A DNA stretch of 64,000 nt from Nemertoderma westbladi (taxonomy: Eukaryota; Animalia; Xenacoelomorpha), in assembly GCA_032718475.1 (NCBI GenBank), contig JAUCBJ010003973.1, positions 29,077-93,076 of the forward strand. Reading direction: 5' to 3'. Positions 27,894-37,412 of the stretch are shown here, one piece after another. Below the pieces are notes generated by a model that saw nothing but the letters and a program-made list of their open reading frames with translations, had not been told where the DNA came from and did no database searches. A program made the position numbers and the translations under genes. Each line of letters opens with the position of its first letter. Within the stretch, counting starts at the first letter, position 1.

Positions 27894-29594
27894 CTGTGAC
27901 TCGACTCGTTTACGCCGGGGGTATCTCCCTCTCCGTATACGTCCGTGTATTTGTTCCTCTTACTCTCCTTGTAATCCCAACTGAACATTAGATATGAGAT
28001 ATAACCCGTCCCAGTTTTTAGCGTGTTATACTCTCTAAAGTATCCTTGCTCAATAGCCCAAAGCAACAATGGTCTAGTATCCACGTATGGCGTAGGCAAT
28101 CGGTCCTCTTCCGTGGGCATCCCTGCAAAGTCGCTAATGAGGTCATCCCGTACGCCGGATCCGATCTTGACGATGCTCTTATCCAACACAACGTCTCGCA
28201 CGGCCTTTGGCAACATCCTAGCTTCTATGCTACAAGCCAGGTCCATGGATTTAACTATCCGTTTTATCATCGCGTGTCTTTGCGTCGTTCCTTCCGGCAT
28301 AGGCATCTTCCTATCACTCCTCTGTCGGCTGAAGACATGCAACACGCCATCTGGTGCTCTAATCTGTATCGTCTTTGAAGTGAGGCTTTGCTGATGGCTT
28401 CCTCCTTCATTATCATAAAACATATATCCATTCTCTTTCAGAGATCGGCTAGTCACGTCCCAATCGTCGAGTAAATCGTCGGTAGGGTTCCAAATTCTCC
28501 CAATCGACTTTTCATCATCGAAACTAATAGGTTTACCAGTCCAATTGGTCGCGATATCGGTGTCGGTCTCAAACGTCCCAACTCCGATCCATAATCGAAT
28601 CGTTTTCGTCAGATATCCTCGCAAGATACAAGGTGCGATATCCGTCCCCGCGCGATCCACTTCCTTAACGTCCGTGATATGTGGAGGCACGTTGCGTACG
28701 ATTTTTTGAACTATTACTTTACGCAACTCGGTTGATTCTAACACATCACCGAAGGTGACCGATGGGAGGAAATCCAGGTTCGAGATGATCTCCGGGTGTT
28801 CAACTATAGGGATCTCGTAAGTTGTCTCCTTCCGGGTCGGTATACTAATAGGAAAACTAGTTGGTCTCGCAACCGGTACTATTGCTCCAGTAGAATGGGG
28901 CTGAGGTTCTCGCGTCATCTCAACGTGAGGTATCTGTAGTCTCTGCGACAAACGCTGAGCAAAGGTGATACTATCGAAGAGCTCGGGTGTCATCTCCTTG
29001 GGTTCGGTTTGATCGTGGGATATCCAATAGAATGGTAGGCTCGCGAGCCTTCCGCCGAACTCCTCGATCTCGCCTTTCTCGTACGCCTTGTACGCCCTGT
29101 AGAGGCTCAAAGCTTCCCGCTTCTCTTGTGTCGACTTATTAGACTCGTCCACTACCATGCTGTAGACGTCTGGTTCGACTAATTTTGGTTCGTAAATAAC
29201 GATCTCACCCGCGTTCGGTCCACTCATCTTAAATGAATGATACGGATTTGTCAAAGGGTATCCGCCTTCTTGGTAACGTAGACTTTGGTGGTGTGAACAT
29301 CGCGCTAATATCGGCTCGGGGTTCTCCGAGTTCAACCGCATAGGAATCGCGTTGTCTTGCTCGCGCATACACGCTCCACATTTATAAAACAGTTTGTATA
29401 CGGAAAACGCGTCCTTGGTCTCTGGATCCGCTCCTCGAGCGCGTCTATAAAGATGCATTCCTTCAAATTCGTCTCTAGCTGCAGGTAAAGGTTCGTTTAC
29501 CGTCAAATATTGCAGCGTATGATACAATCGGCGTATTTCGGTGTCTGGATCCTCGCAAATGTCGCTAGCGTCGCATAACGCATCGTAGGGATAT
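27890..29594 (-). pseudogene. ORF3 middle part: DEDDy-like 3'-5' exonuclease domain (ExoI and ExoII)
   Basis: GYMFYDNEGG (DxE), QIRAPDGVLHVF, LPKAVRDVVLDKSIVKIGSGVRDDL resemble WRN/EXD2/RNase D-family motifs. The first ~92 aa of the listed 661-aa ORF are only antisense LTR sequence. Confidence 0.75.
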
Positions 29595-29599
29595 AACGC

Positions 29600-30140
29600 T
29601 GTTAGCTTATTCAATCCCGCCAACACCCCATAAAGTTGTAAGCCGATAAGCAATATTGGGAGCCGCGAGATTGGGCAATTAACCAACTCGCGCCATCCCA
29701 ATAAGAGTGGGAAGGAAGCACACAATAGAGGGTCAGGGGCCAAACCCCTAACCCAGAGAGAACACAGTGGAGTGAACGGGAATACTCCACGGGGCGCCAA
29801 CAAGGGTATCAACCAATCAGAGGGGGGAATGGCATCGATTGAGTAGCAATTAGGCCAACCGTGCAGTATAGCCACTTGGCAGTAATATTACCTATTCAGT
29901 TATCACAGTGCAGCAGTGCTAGCGTAGGGTACAGCCAATTAGTTTAGTTAGGGGATCACGGGACTTTAGTTACCGTATCCCGCCTTGTACACATTTACAA
30001 TATATCCATATCTTATAACCTCCTATTATACACCGAACTTCAGAACTCAGTCACTTTATTTCATCCTTATACACGGCGGGGACGCGTGGACTAAATTACC
30101 ACAACCGGATAAATCGGGATCCCCCTTGGATCCCGTCACA
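29600..30140 (+). repeat. 5' LTR of copy B
   Basis: Direct repeat of 40667-41207; gtatag (about 29866) with an initiator-like TCAGTT about 30 bp downstream. Confidence 0.97.
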
Positions 30141-30245
30141 GTAACTAAATCGGTGCTGCTTCCCCAGCTAAACTCAGTAACTAAAGCCAGCTGCCGCCCT
30201 AGACAAACTCTATAAACACTAGCCACCGAAATCTGCAGAAGAGAG

Positions 30246-32774
30246 ATGAGCGATTCGGGCGAGACACCACCGCGGACCCCGGACGAAGACCTAACGATCC
30301 GCGAGGCCGCGACCAAACGATACAGGCCCACGACGCCGGAGCCATCGATAGTGGGCGGACCGGAAGTCGAGGATGAGGGGGGCCTGGAGCTCGAAGCCGA
30401 GCCAAGAGAAAGGGAGAGCGAGAAGGAGGGAGAAAGAGCGGAGTCGACACGGGACGGAGAAAGGCGCGCCGATGTCGCCGGCCAGCTACCGGCCGAGGGC
30501 GAGGAGCGGCCCACCGAAACGGTGACGGTGGGGCCGACGGTGCGACGCCGGACGCGAAGAGACGGAACAAAGATCGGTACCGATGTCGCCGGCCAGCTAC
30601 AGGCCGAGGGCGACGGACGGCCCACCGGAACGGCGACGGTGGAGCCGCCGGTACGACGTCGAACCCGGAGGGAGAGGGGAGAAGTCGGCGACGAGGACGT
30701 CGGGGTTTCTGAGCGACTCCGACGCGCTTACATCGCAACCCGGAGGGTACTAAACGATGCTAAGAAGAAAGGGGCGAAAGTGGACGAGGTGAGACTGAGG
30801 AAGCGACTAGGTGAGTCGGATAAACACTTTAGTTATCTAATACACTTTGAGCAGAGAGAGCTAGCCGAAACGAGGGCACATGAGATTGCCGTGGAACTAT
30901 TGGAACTGTGGGAGCGTGGGGGTATGGAACCTAGTGTAGGGCCAGTGTACATAGGGCCATACTCGGTCGATGCCCGGGGAATAAAACCGGTGGGTTGGAG
31001 GGGACTCGAAGGGGGCGAATCCGAGGTTAACTCCGAGGATTCGGCCTCGTCGGTCGGAGAAAGTTCCGGGAAGCGGGGGAGAGCCAGTGGGTCGGGAAGG
31101 CGGAGGGAATCCGTTACAACCGATAAGTCTGCTACATCCTCCGTAAAAGAAAGACGGGTGAGAGAGATAGAGGCCAGACACCGTCTCAATCTAGCGGTGG
31201 AAGCTAATAGAGAAGTAGGTAGACGGCTAGAGGAGGGGAGAGTGATGCTAGAGAGGGAAGCGGTGTCGATTAAAGAGTTAAGGGAAAGGGGCGAAAGGGC
31301 CGCGAGGAACCTTAGGGAGTATGACGAGATAGAGTTGAGGGAAGAGAGGGAACGTGAGGCGAGAAAGGAAAGTGAACGCAGGGAGCGTGAGGCGAAAGAG
31401 GAAAGTGAACGCAGGGAGCGTGAGGCGAGAGAGGAAAGTGAACGCAAAGAGCGTAAGGCGAGAAGAAGAGAGGGGATTGTGAGAGAGATGGAATTGGTCG
31501 AGCAGAGAGAACGGGAGTCTAGCGAGAGAGTAGCAAGGGAGGAGAGTGGCAGAATAGAGTTAGAGAAACGGCGAGAGAAACTCCTAGAGTATACAGCTGT
31601 ACACGCGCGCGATTTGGAACGGGCGCGGGCGGGAGTGTCTGAAAGCGGGGCCGGCTCGAGTATTTTTGAGGAGCCGAGGGCCGTAGATACATTTATTAAT
31701 GCCCCACTGACAGGGACCGCACGACAGACCCAGAACTGGTGTGACCGTACGGGCGGGGGGGGTAATAATAATGATGGTAAAGTAGGCGTTGTTAATATTG
31801 ATAATACCGTATGGGACAACACTAATCAAACCTTTATTGCAGGAAATACTTTACCTAGTGGTAGTAATTTAAATTTAAATCAGAACAATCCTAGTGTTAA
31901 TGTAGGAGATAATCCTAATATTGATGTAGTTACGCAAAATAATTCAAATAATCAAAATAATAATCCAAATTCGAACCTACAAAATAATTTAAATAACGCG
32001 ATCACGCAAAATAATTCGAATAATTTAAATAATGACCTAAATCCGAATTTACAAAATAATTCGGATAACGTGGCCGCCCAGAGTAATACAAACGATTTTG
32101 TTTTGGGCGAGCAAATTAATTCCGTTTCCAATATGGGTGTTATTAGTGTAGACACGTCGGGCCTACGTAACCAGGGAGCAGAGGGCCTGGTAGGCCACGT
32201 AGTTAGTAGACAGGGGGCAGAGGGCCTGGTAGGCCGCGTAGTTGGTAGACAGGAAGTAGAGGGCCTGGAAGGCCACGCAATAGCAGAGGGAGAGGCGGAG
32301 GTGAATAGACCCGACTGCGGTAGGGTTGATGTGTCGACTAGAGAGACATATAGTAGTGGGGCGAGAGGTAGCGAAGTTAGATGTAGCGAGTGGGGGGGGG
32401 CTACGAGCACCCCACGACAGAAAGTTAGCGGCGAGAGGGGGGGGGGGCAGAGAGTGTCCCACAGCCGTCAGCGGACAATGCGAGGGCCGAACAAGGTAAA
32501 CCGCAACAACCGGCGACGGAAAGTAATAAGGGGATTGCGAGTATCCCCAGCGGCGTGCGATCGAGCAGAGAAAGACAGGTTGACGTCGCGAGAGGGCAGA
32601 CGGAGCGTCGAGCCCGATCAGAGGAGGAAAGAAGAACAGTGGGGTTTAACCGGGAGGTCGACGAGAGATCTCGTGAGCGGGAATATTCCACTGATAGGAG
32701 AAGAGAGGAAGAGAGTAGTAGAAGTATCGCCGCAAACGATAGAAGAGCGAGGACGGACAGCGAGCCGTCGGTAG
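30246..32774 (+). CDS. N-terminal part of copy B Gag (Glu/Arg coiled-coil-like and Asn-rich segments); true frame probably shifts at the G11 run 32437-32447
   Basis: ATG 106 bp after the LTR; the homologous copy C reads ERGGAENVPQ...EEGRRTVEFNRE in one frame, matching the next ORF after this G run. Confidence 0.7.
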   Translation: MSDSGETPPRTPDEDLTIREAATKRYRPTTPEPSIVGGPEVEDEGGLELEAEPRERESEKEGERAESTRDGERRADVAGQLPAEGEERPTETVTVGPTVRRRTRRDGTKIGTDVAGQLQAEGDGRPTGTATVEPPVRRRTRRERGEVGDEDVGVSERLRRAYIATRRVLNDAKKKGAKVDEVRLRKRLGESDKHFSYLIHFEQRELAETRAHEIAVELLELWERGGMEPSVGPVYIGPYSVDARGIKPVGWRGLEGGESEVNSEDSASSVGESSGKRGRASGSGRRRESVTTDKSATSSVKERRVREIEARHRLNLAVEANREVGRRLEEGRVMLEREAVSIKELRERGERAARNLREYDEIELREEREREARKESERREREAKEESERREREAREESERKERKARRREGIVREMELVEQRERESSERVAREESGRIELEKRREKLLEYTAVHARDLERARAGVSESGAGSSIFEEPRAVDTFINAPLTGTARQTQNWCDRTGGGGNNNDGKVGVVNIDNTVWDNTNQTFIAGNTLPSGSNLNLNQNNPSVNVGDNPNIDVVTQNNSNNQNNNPNSNLQNNLNNAITQNNSNNLNNDLNPNLQNNSDNVAAQSNTNDFVLGEQINSVSNMGVISVDTSGLRNQGAEGLVGHVVSRQGAEGLVGRVVGRQEVEGLEGHAIAEGEAEVNRPDCGRVDVSTRETYSSGARGSEVRCSEWGGATSTPRQKVSGERGGGQRVSHSRQRTMRGPNKVNRNNRRRKVIRGLRVSPAACDRAEKDRLTSREGRRSVEPDQRRKEEQWGLTGRSTRDLVSGNIPLIGEERKRVVEVSPQTIEERGRTASRR

Positions 32775-35700
32775 TCGAGGTGAGAACGGAGAGTCAGTGG
32801 GGTCGGACTCCGGGAGATTGCCGTCGCCCCGGAGGGATGCGATCCGGTGAGACGCATTACACGTCGAGAGAGGGGTACGCGATGTACCGGTACGAAGATG
32901 AAAACAGTGGAGAGGGGGGTCGAAGAGAAACTTTCCGACGGAATATACCTACCGATCGAGAATACGGTAGCCGCGGGGAGGATTATTCGAGAAGAATAAA
33001 CTTCGATCCCGAGCAACATATGCAGACTGTAGGGCATACTGTAGGTCTTACTGCACATACCGTAGGCCATACTGAGAGAGGCAATGTAGGCGATAGGATA
33101 GCGCGGACAACGGGATTAAACCCGGAAGTCGCGGAATACATACCGGCGAGTAGGCCAGAAGCTGATAGGCCTATAGCGGTACCGGCACAGCAGTATGACT
33201 ACAGCATGCAGGGACATAACATATACCCAGGGGAGGGGGGAATTATTGCGGATAGGTGTATGGGCCCCAACATATTAACATCAACCCCAGTACCAAACAT
33301 ACCGGTGGGGGGGGGACAGGGTGACATTCCCCCATCACAATATCAACAATATACCCCAACAGGAACAAGAACAACGAGACCCCTAGATGAAAACAGGTCG
33401 TGTGATACAGACATATGGAGGGGGCCGCTACCCCCGATGACATATCCGAGTCAGAGAAGATCAAGAAATAGGACGGACGAACCGCACCAGACAGGGGAAA
33501 CTATACAGCACCCGTCGAATCCATTGGAAGCGCAGGCAATGGGGATGGCCACGTTGATCGATGCGTTGAAGACAAGGATCGAACTACCACCCGTGGAACC
33601 ATTCAAATTCGATGGGAGTAGGCCGGAAGAATACCTACAGTTTCGGCGAATGTATAGTAACGAAATACTAACAAAAAACTTGACGCAGGCGGAGTGCCTA
33701 AAGTATCTACAAGTGTACACGGGAGGCCCAGCATACGATATCGTGAGGCAATACCAGGGAATAGAGGGCGGCTTCACGACAGCATGGCGGGCACTGGATA
33801 GAGAATACGGGCACCCGGCCAAGATCATCAGGCAAACGCTGAGAGGCATAACATCGGGTGGCCTACAGGATAATCCCGTTAGCATTAAGACGTTTGCTAA
33901 CAAAGTCGAGAAGGCGCTGATCGTGCTGAAGACGCTAGACGCGCCATACGAGCTCAACGCGTCCAATAACATTACCACGATAGCGCAGGCACTACCGAGC
34001 TGGCTGCGCAACAAATGGAGGAAGATCGCTTTCTCCACCCGAGACAAGAAGGGTGCGGAACCAGGTTTAGAAGAAATGTCAAACTTCTTAAATTACGAGG
34101 CTGAACTAATAACGGACCCAGTCTATAGTGAAGATAGCCTGGGAAAGGCACCAAAGACAGATCACTACAGGCCCAAGCCAGAGCACAATACATCAAACGC
34201 ATTGCCGAGGCTCAGACAATCATTGCCATACGCAGCGACGCAGGGGACTACAAGTCCACAGACAAACGAAGATAAGACAACATCAAGGGACGGACAGGGG
34301 AACAATAACAACATAAATAAACATAACCCCAGTACGTCCAGTAGGCCAAACCCAGTCAATAAGAATAGTAGGGACTTTGGTACGAATATAACTGCAATAC
34401 GCAACGCATTGTATAAAGAGGGCTACGACCCAAAGAGCAAATGCCAGTTACACGCAAATGCGCTTCATAAAACCATGAACTGCAGGTACTGGCAGGCGCT
34501 ACCGAGGCAAGACCAGATAGATTACGCGTCGAGCAATAAAATCTGCTCGCGATGTGTAAAGAGTGGACACAAGGCCAGGGAATGCCAAGAGAAGCCGGTC
34601 AAGTTTGGCCAAAGGAGAGGCCAGACGATGGCAACGAGCACAGTAGGGGCGAAGAAGAGAGGAACAGTGCTACTTGGAATAGTACCAGTACGAGTGATCG
34701 GGGAAGGCAATCGATCAGTAACAACACTAATGCTGGTTGATAGTGGAGCTGCCTTCACACTAGTTGAGGAATGGATAGCCGAAGAAATAGGGTTGAGAAC
34801 GAGGCCAAGCAGGATGGCGGTGACAACCATCTCTAGCAAGGACGAGGTCCTAGAGATGAGGACAGGACGGTGCGCAATTGCAGCAGTGGCACCAGGATGC
34901 GATTATGGGGCAACCATCGACCCCATCCAAGTAATAGAGTCAATTAACATCAATGCCAGGCGGCCAACCAACATCGAGGTCGAGCAATACAAATTCCTGG
35001 ACAACATTGACTTCTCAATCCCAGACGTGGACGTTAGGAAGGTATCCATCATAGTAGGCATGGACTGCCCAACGGCCCACGAGAGAATGCAGACGGTCTT
35101 CGGCGAAGATAAGCAGAGCGACCCGGTGGCCATACTAACGCCATTCGGGTGGACGCTGACAGGCCCAATTAAGAGTAATATACCATTCCATGTGTCCGAG
35201 AGTTCAGGATGCATGGTGCCAGGAACTGACGAGATAGAGGAGAGGCCAGAGATGGGCAATAGTGGTAGACAGCTAGAAGTAGAAGCAACACCAAGAGAGT
35301 GGGCGGAGGAGAATGGTATGGATGCAGAAGATCTAGAGACGATGGGTTGGAATAAGGGTCCCAGCAAGTATCGGTATGGAGATGGGGAGCAGCGGACGGT
35401 GGAGTGTCGGGAGGACAAACCGGAGAAGTGCCCGGTGGAGTGTCCAGAGGAGCGCCCGGAAGAGACGCCGGTCCGGTTGAGAGGCATACCGACAAGGGGG
35501 AAGCCGAGTAAGAATACAAGATGGAAAGGGAAAGGATGTGAGACGATCAGACCAGGGGCAGAGAAACCCATGAATAAACATATGGTGGACAAAGGAGGCG
35601 GGAGAGTAGGAGGCGTGCTGCGTACGCACGCGGAACTGACAGAGTGCGAGGGGGCATTACATGGGCAGACGTCGTGTACACCGAAGGACGAACGGGGGTC

Positions 35701-36040
35701 GTTGAAGCCTTTAATGCCAGCACACATATTAAGGGGGAGGCCAGCAGAGGTGGCATCTAAGATTAAGGAGAAGAACAGGGGCGGCATTATACCGCCGGGT
35801 GACACGTTGAAGGGTGGCACTTTGCCGCCAAGGGACGACCACGAGATCAGAAACATAAATAGGAGACAGCATTTGCCAAAACAGGAGAAAAGACCACCTA
35901 TCGAATTGACAAGGAGAGTGGAGCGAAGAATTAGAGAACCTATAGGGGGGCAGTGGGAGAGTTGCCTGCTGGAGGAATCACCCCTTGGGTCGCTAAGTTG
36001 TCCAACAGGTTGGACTGGGATGGAAGAGTTAGATCCGTAA
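32555..36040 (+). CDS. gag: BEL-type Gag core, zinc knuckle, aspartic protease and integrase-tail remnant (1161 aa)
   Basis: PFKFDGSRPEEYLQF, AWRALDREYGHP, LPSWLRNKW (BEL gag-like); CSRCVKSGHKAREC; LMLVDSGA protease; LTPFGWTLTGP; ECEGALHG...PLMPAHILRGRP resembles the integrase end EIEAILNTRP...LTPAHLL; no YxDD. Confidence 0.85.
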   Translation: MRSSRERQVDVARGQTERRARSEEERRTVGFNREVDERSREREYSTDRRREEESSRSIAANDRRARTDSEPSVVEVRTESQWGRTPGDCRRPGGMRSGETHYTSREGYAMYRYEDENSGEGGRRETFRRNIPTDREYGSRGEDYSRRINFDPEQHMQTVGHTVGLTAHTVGHTERGNVGDRIARTTGLNPEVAEYIPASRPEADRPIAVPAQQYDYSMQGHNIYPGEGGIIADRCMGPNILTSTPVPNIPVGGGQGDIPPSQYQQYTPTGTRTTRPLDENRSCDTDIWRGPLPPMTYPSQRRSRNRTDEPHQTGETIQHPSNPLEAQAMGMATLIDALKTRIELPPVEPFKFDGSRPEEYLQFRRMYSNEILTKNLTQAECLKYLQVYTGGPAYDIVRQYQGIEGGFTTAWRALDREYGHPAKIIRQTLRGITSGGLQDNPVSIKTFANKVEKALIVLKTLDAPYELNASNNITTIAQALPSWLRNKWRKIAFSTRDKKGAEPGLEEMSNFLNYEAELITDPVYSEDSLGKAPKTDHYRPKPEHNTSNALPRLRQSLPYAATQGTTSPQTNEDKTTSRDGQGNNNNINKHNPSTSSRPNPVNKNSRDFGTNITAIRNALYKEGYDPKSKCQLHANALHKTMNCRYWQALPRQDQIDYASSNKICSRCVKSGHKARECQEKPVKFGQRRGQTMATSTVGAKKRGTVLLGIVPVRVIGEGNRSVTTLMLVDSGAAFTLVEEWIAEEIGLRTRPSRMAVTTISSKDEVLEMRTGRCAIAAVAPGCDYGATIDPIQVIESININARRPTNIEVEQYKFLDNIDFSIPDVDVRKVSIIVGMDCPTAHERMQTVFGEDKQSDPVAILTPFGWTLTGPIKSNIPFHVSESSGCMVPGTDEIEERPEMGNSGRQLEVEATPREWAEENGMDAEDLETMGWNKGPSKYRYGDGEQRTVECREDKPEKCPVECPEERPEETPVRLRGIPTRGKPSKNTRWKGKGCETIRPGAEKPMNKHMVDKGGGRVGGVLRTHAELTECEGALHGQTSCTPKDERGSLKPLMPAHILRGRPAEVASKIKEKNRGGIIPPGDTLKGGTLPPRDDHEIRNINRRQHLPKQEKRPPIELTRRVERRIREPIGGQWESCLLEESPLGSLSCPTGWTGMEELDP

Positions 36041-36214
36041 AAGGTGCGGGCAGAGGTGTTACCTGTCTTCTAGAAGGGGCACCTTGAAGCGGAGTTAGAG
36101 TGAAGTTTAGTCGTCCAAATTTTGGACTGAGGGGGGTGGGATTGAGGGCGAGACGCCCTTCCCACACAAATAAAAATAAAAATAAAATAAAAATAATAGT
36201 ACATAGTAGGCAGA

Positions 36215-36915
36215 AATTAGCTAAGAGGTACGTAGTACCTAGTTAGTTAGTTAATAGGTACGTAGTACCTAGTTAGAGTTAGTTAGTTAATAGGTACGTA
36301 GTACCTAGTTAGAGTTAGTAGGTACCTAGTACCAATAGTTAGAGTTAGAGTTAGAGGGTACGTAATGCCTAGTTAGAGTTAGAGCTAGAGAGTAGGTAGT
36401 ACCGATAGAGTTAGAGTTAGTAGGTACGTAGTACCAATAGTTAGAGTTAGAGTTAGAGGGTACGTAATGCCTAGTTAGAGTTAGAGCTAGAGAGTAGGTA
36501 GTACCGATAGAGTCAGAGTTAGTAGGTACGTAGTACCAATAGTTAGTTAGAGTTAGAGGGTACGTAGTACCGATAGAGTTAGAGTTAGTAGGTACCTAGT
36601 ACCAATAGTTAGAGTTAGAGTTAGAGGGTACGTAATGCCTAGTTAGAGTTAGAGCTAGAGAGTAGGTAGTACCGATAGAGTTAGAGTTAGTAGGTACGTA
36701 GTACCAATAGTTAGTTAGAGTTGGAGGGTACGTAGTACCGATAGTTAGAGAGTTAGTAGGTACGTAGTACCTAGTTAGAGTTAGAGTTAGAGGGTACGTA
36801 ATGCCTAGTTAGAGTTAGAGTTGGAGGGTAGGTAGTACCGATAGAGTTAGAGTTAGTAGGTACGTAGTACCTAGTTAGAGTTAGAGTTAGAGGGTACGTA
36901 GTACCACTAGTTAGA
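36215..36915. repeat. Tandem array of gttaga / ggtacgtagtacc units between gag-PR and ORF3
   Basis: Short units with higher-order repetition visible directly. Confidence 0.95.
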
Positions 36916-37412
36916 GAGAGAGAGTAAGAGGCAAAAGGGGGTAAAAATAGGATATAGATATTAGTTAGGAGTAAGTAGAGTTAGTAGCGAGAGGGGGGCA
37001 TATGAGTGCAGCTGGATAAATCGTGTGGCCACACGACGCATACTGCTGTACTGCATAGGCCCACTGAGTAGGCCAGAATATGGATCAGAGAGAGAATAGA
37101 ATAAATCCATAGGCAGTAGTAAGTACTAGGACAGTAGAATCAAAGCAAAATAAATAAATAAATAGAATAGGGCTAAAAAATCGAAAATAGTGGTAACACA
37201 AAGAAAGTCGTTCTAGAACATAATAAAAGTAACGGACGGAAATTGTAAATTAGGCTGATTTACTAGCTCCGAAATTAATTAGGTTAAATTAAGCTTGAAA
37301 GGCGCAGTTAAGTAGAAAAGTAGGCCATTATCGAACTGTAGGAAACATCTCAATACATCACTCATCTGTATTGCGCCTTGGTAAGGCACCACCCTACAGG
37401 TGAGCGAGTGTA

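Noticed and set aside
26253-29594. ORF3 as an envelope glycoprotein
   Set aside because: No signal peptide or transmembrane anchor evident; nuclease and knuckle motifs instead.
29600-29875. N-terminus MAILHGWPNC... of the 661-aa ORF and of the 100-aa ORF at 40640-40942
   Set aside because: Antisense reading of the nested LTR; the real N-terminus lies at 41437-41208.
30833-35856. Long antisense ORFs opposite gag-PR (and similar ones opposite pol and ORF3)
   Set aside because: Shadow frames of purine-biased coding sequence with no recognisable motifs.
36109-36167. Hammerhead ribozyme (GTC-stem-CTGA...CGAGAC)
   Set aside because: The core needs CUGANGA and GAAA; the copies have CTGAGGG/CTGAAGG/CTGAGGC and GAGA, and stem III is missing.
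36215-36915. TTAGAG runs as interstitial telomeric repeats
   Set aside because: Not TTAGGG or TTAGG arrays; interleaved with other units and internal to the LTR element.
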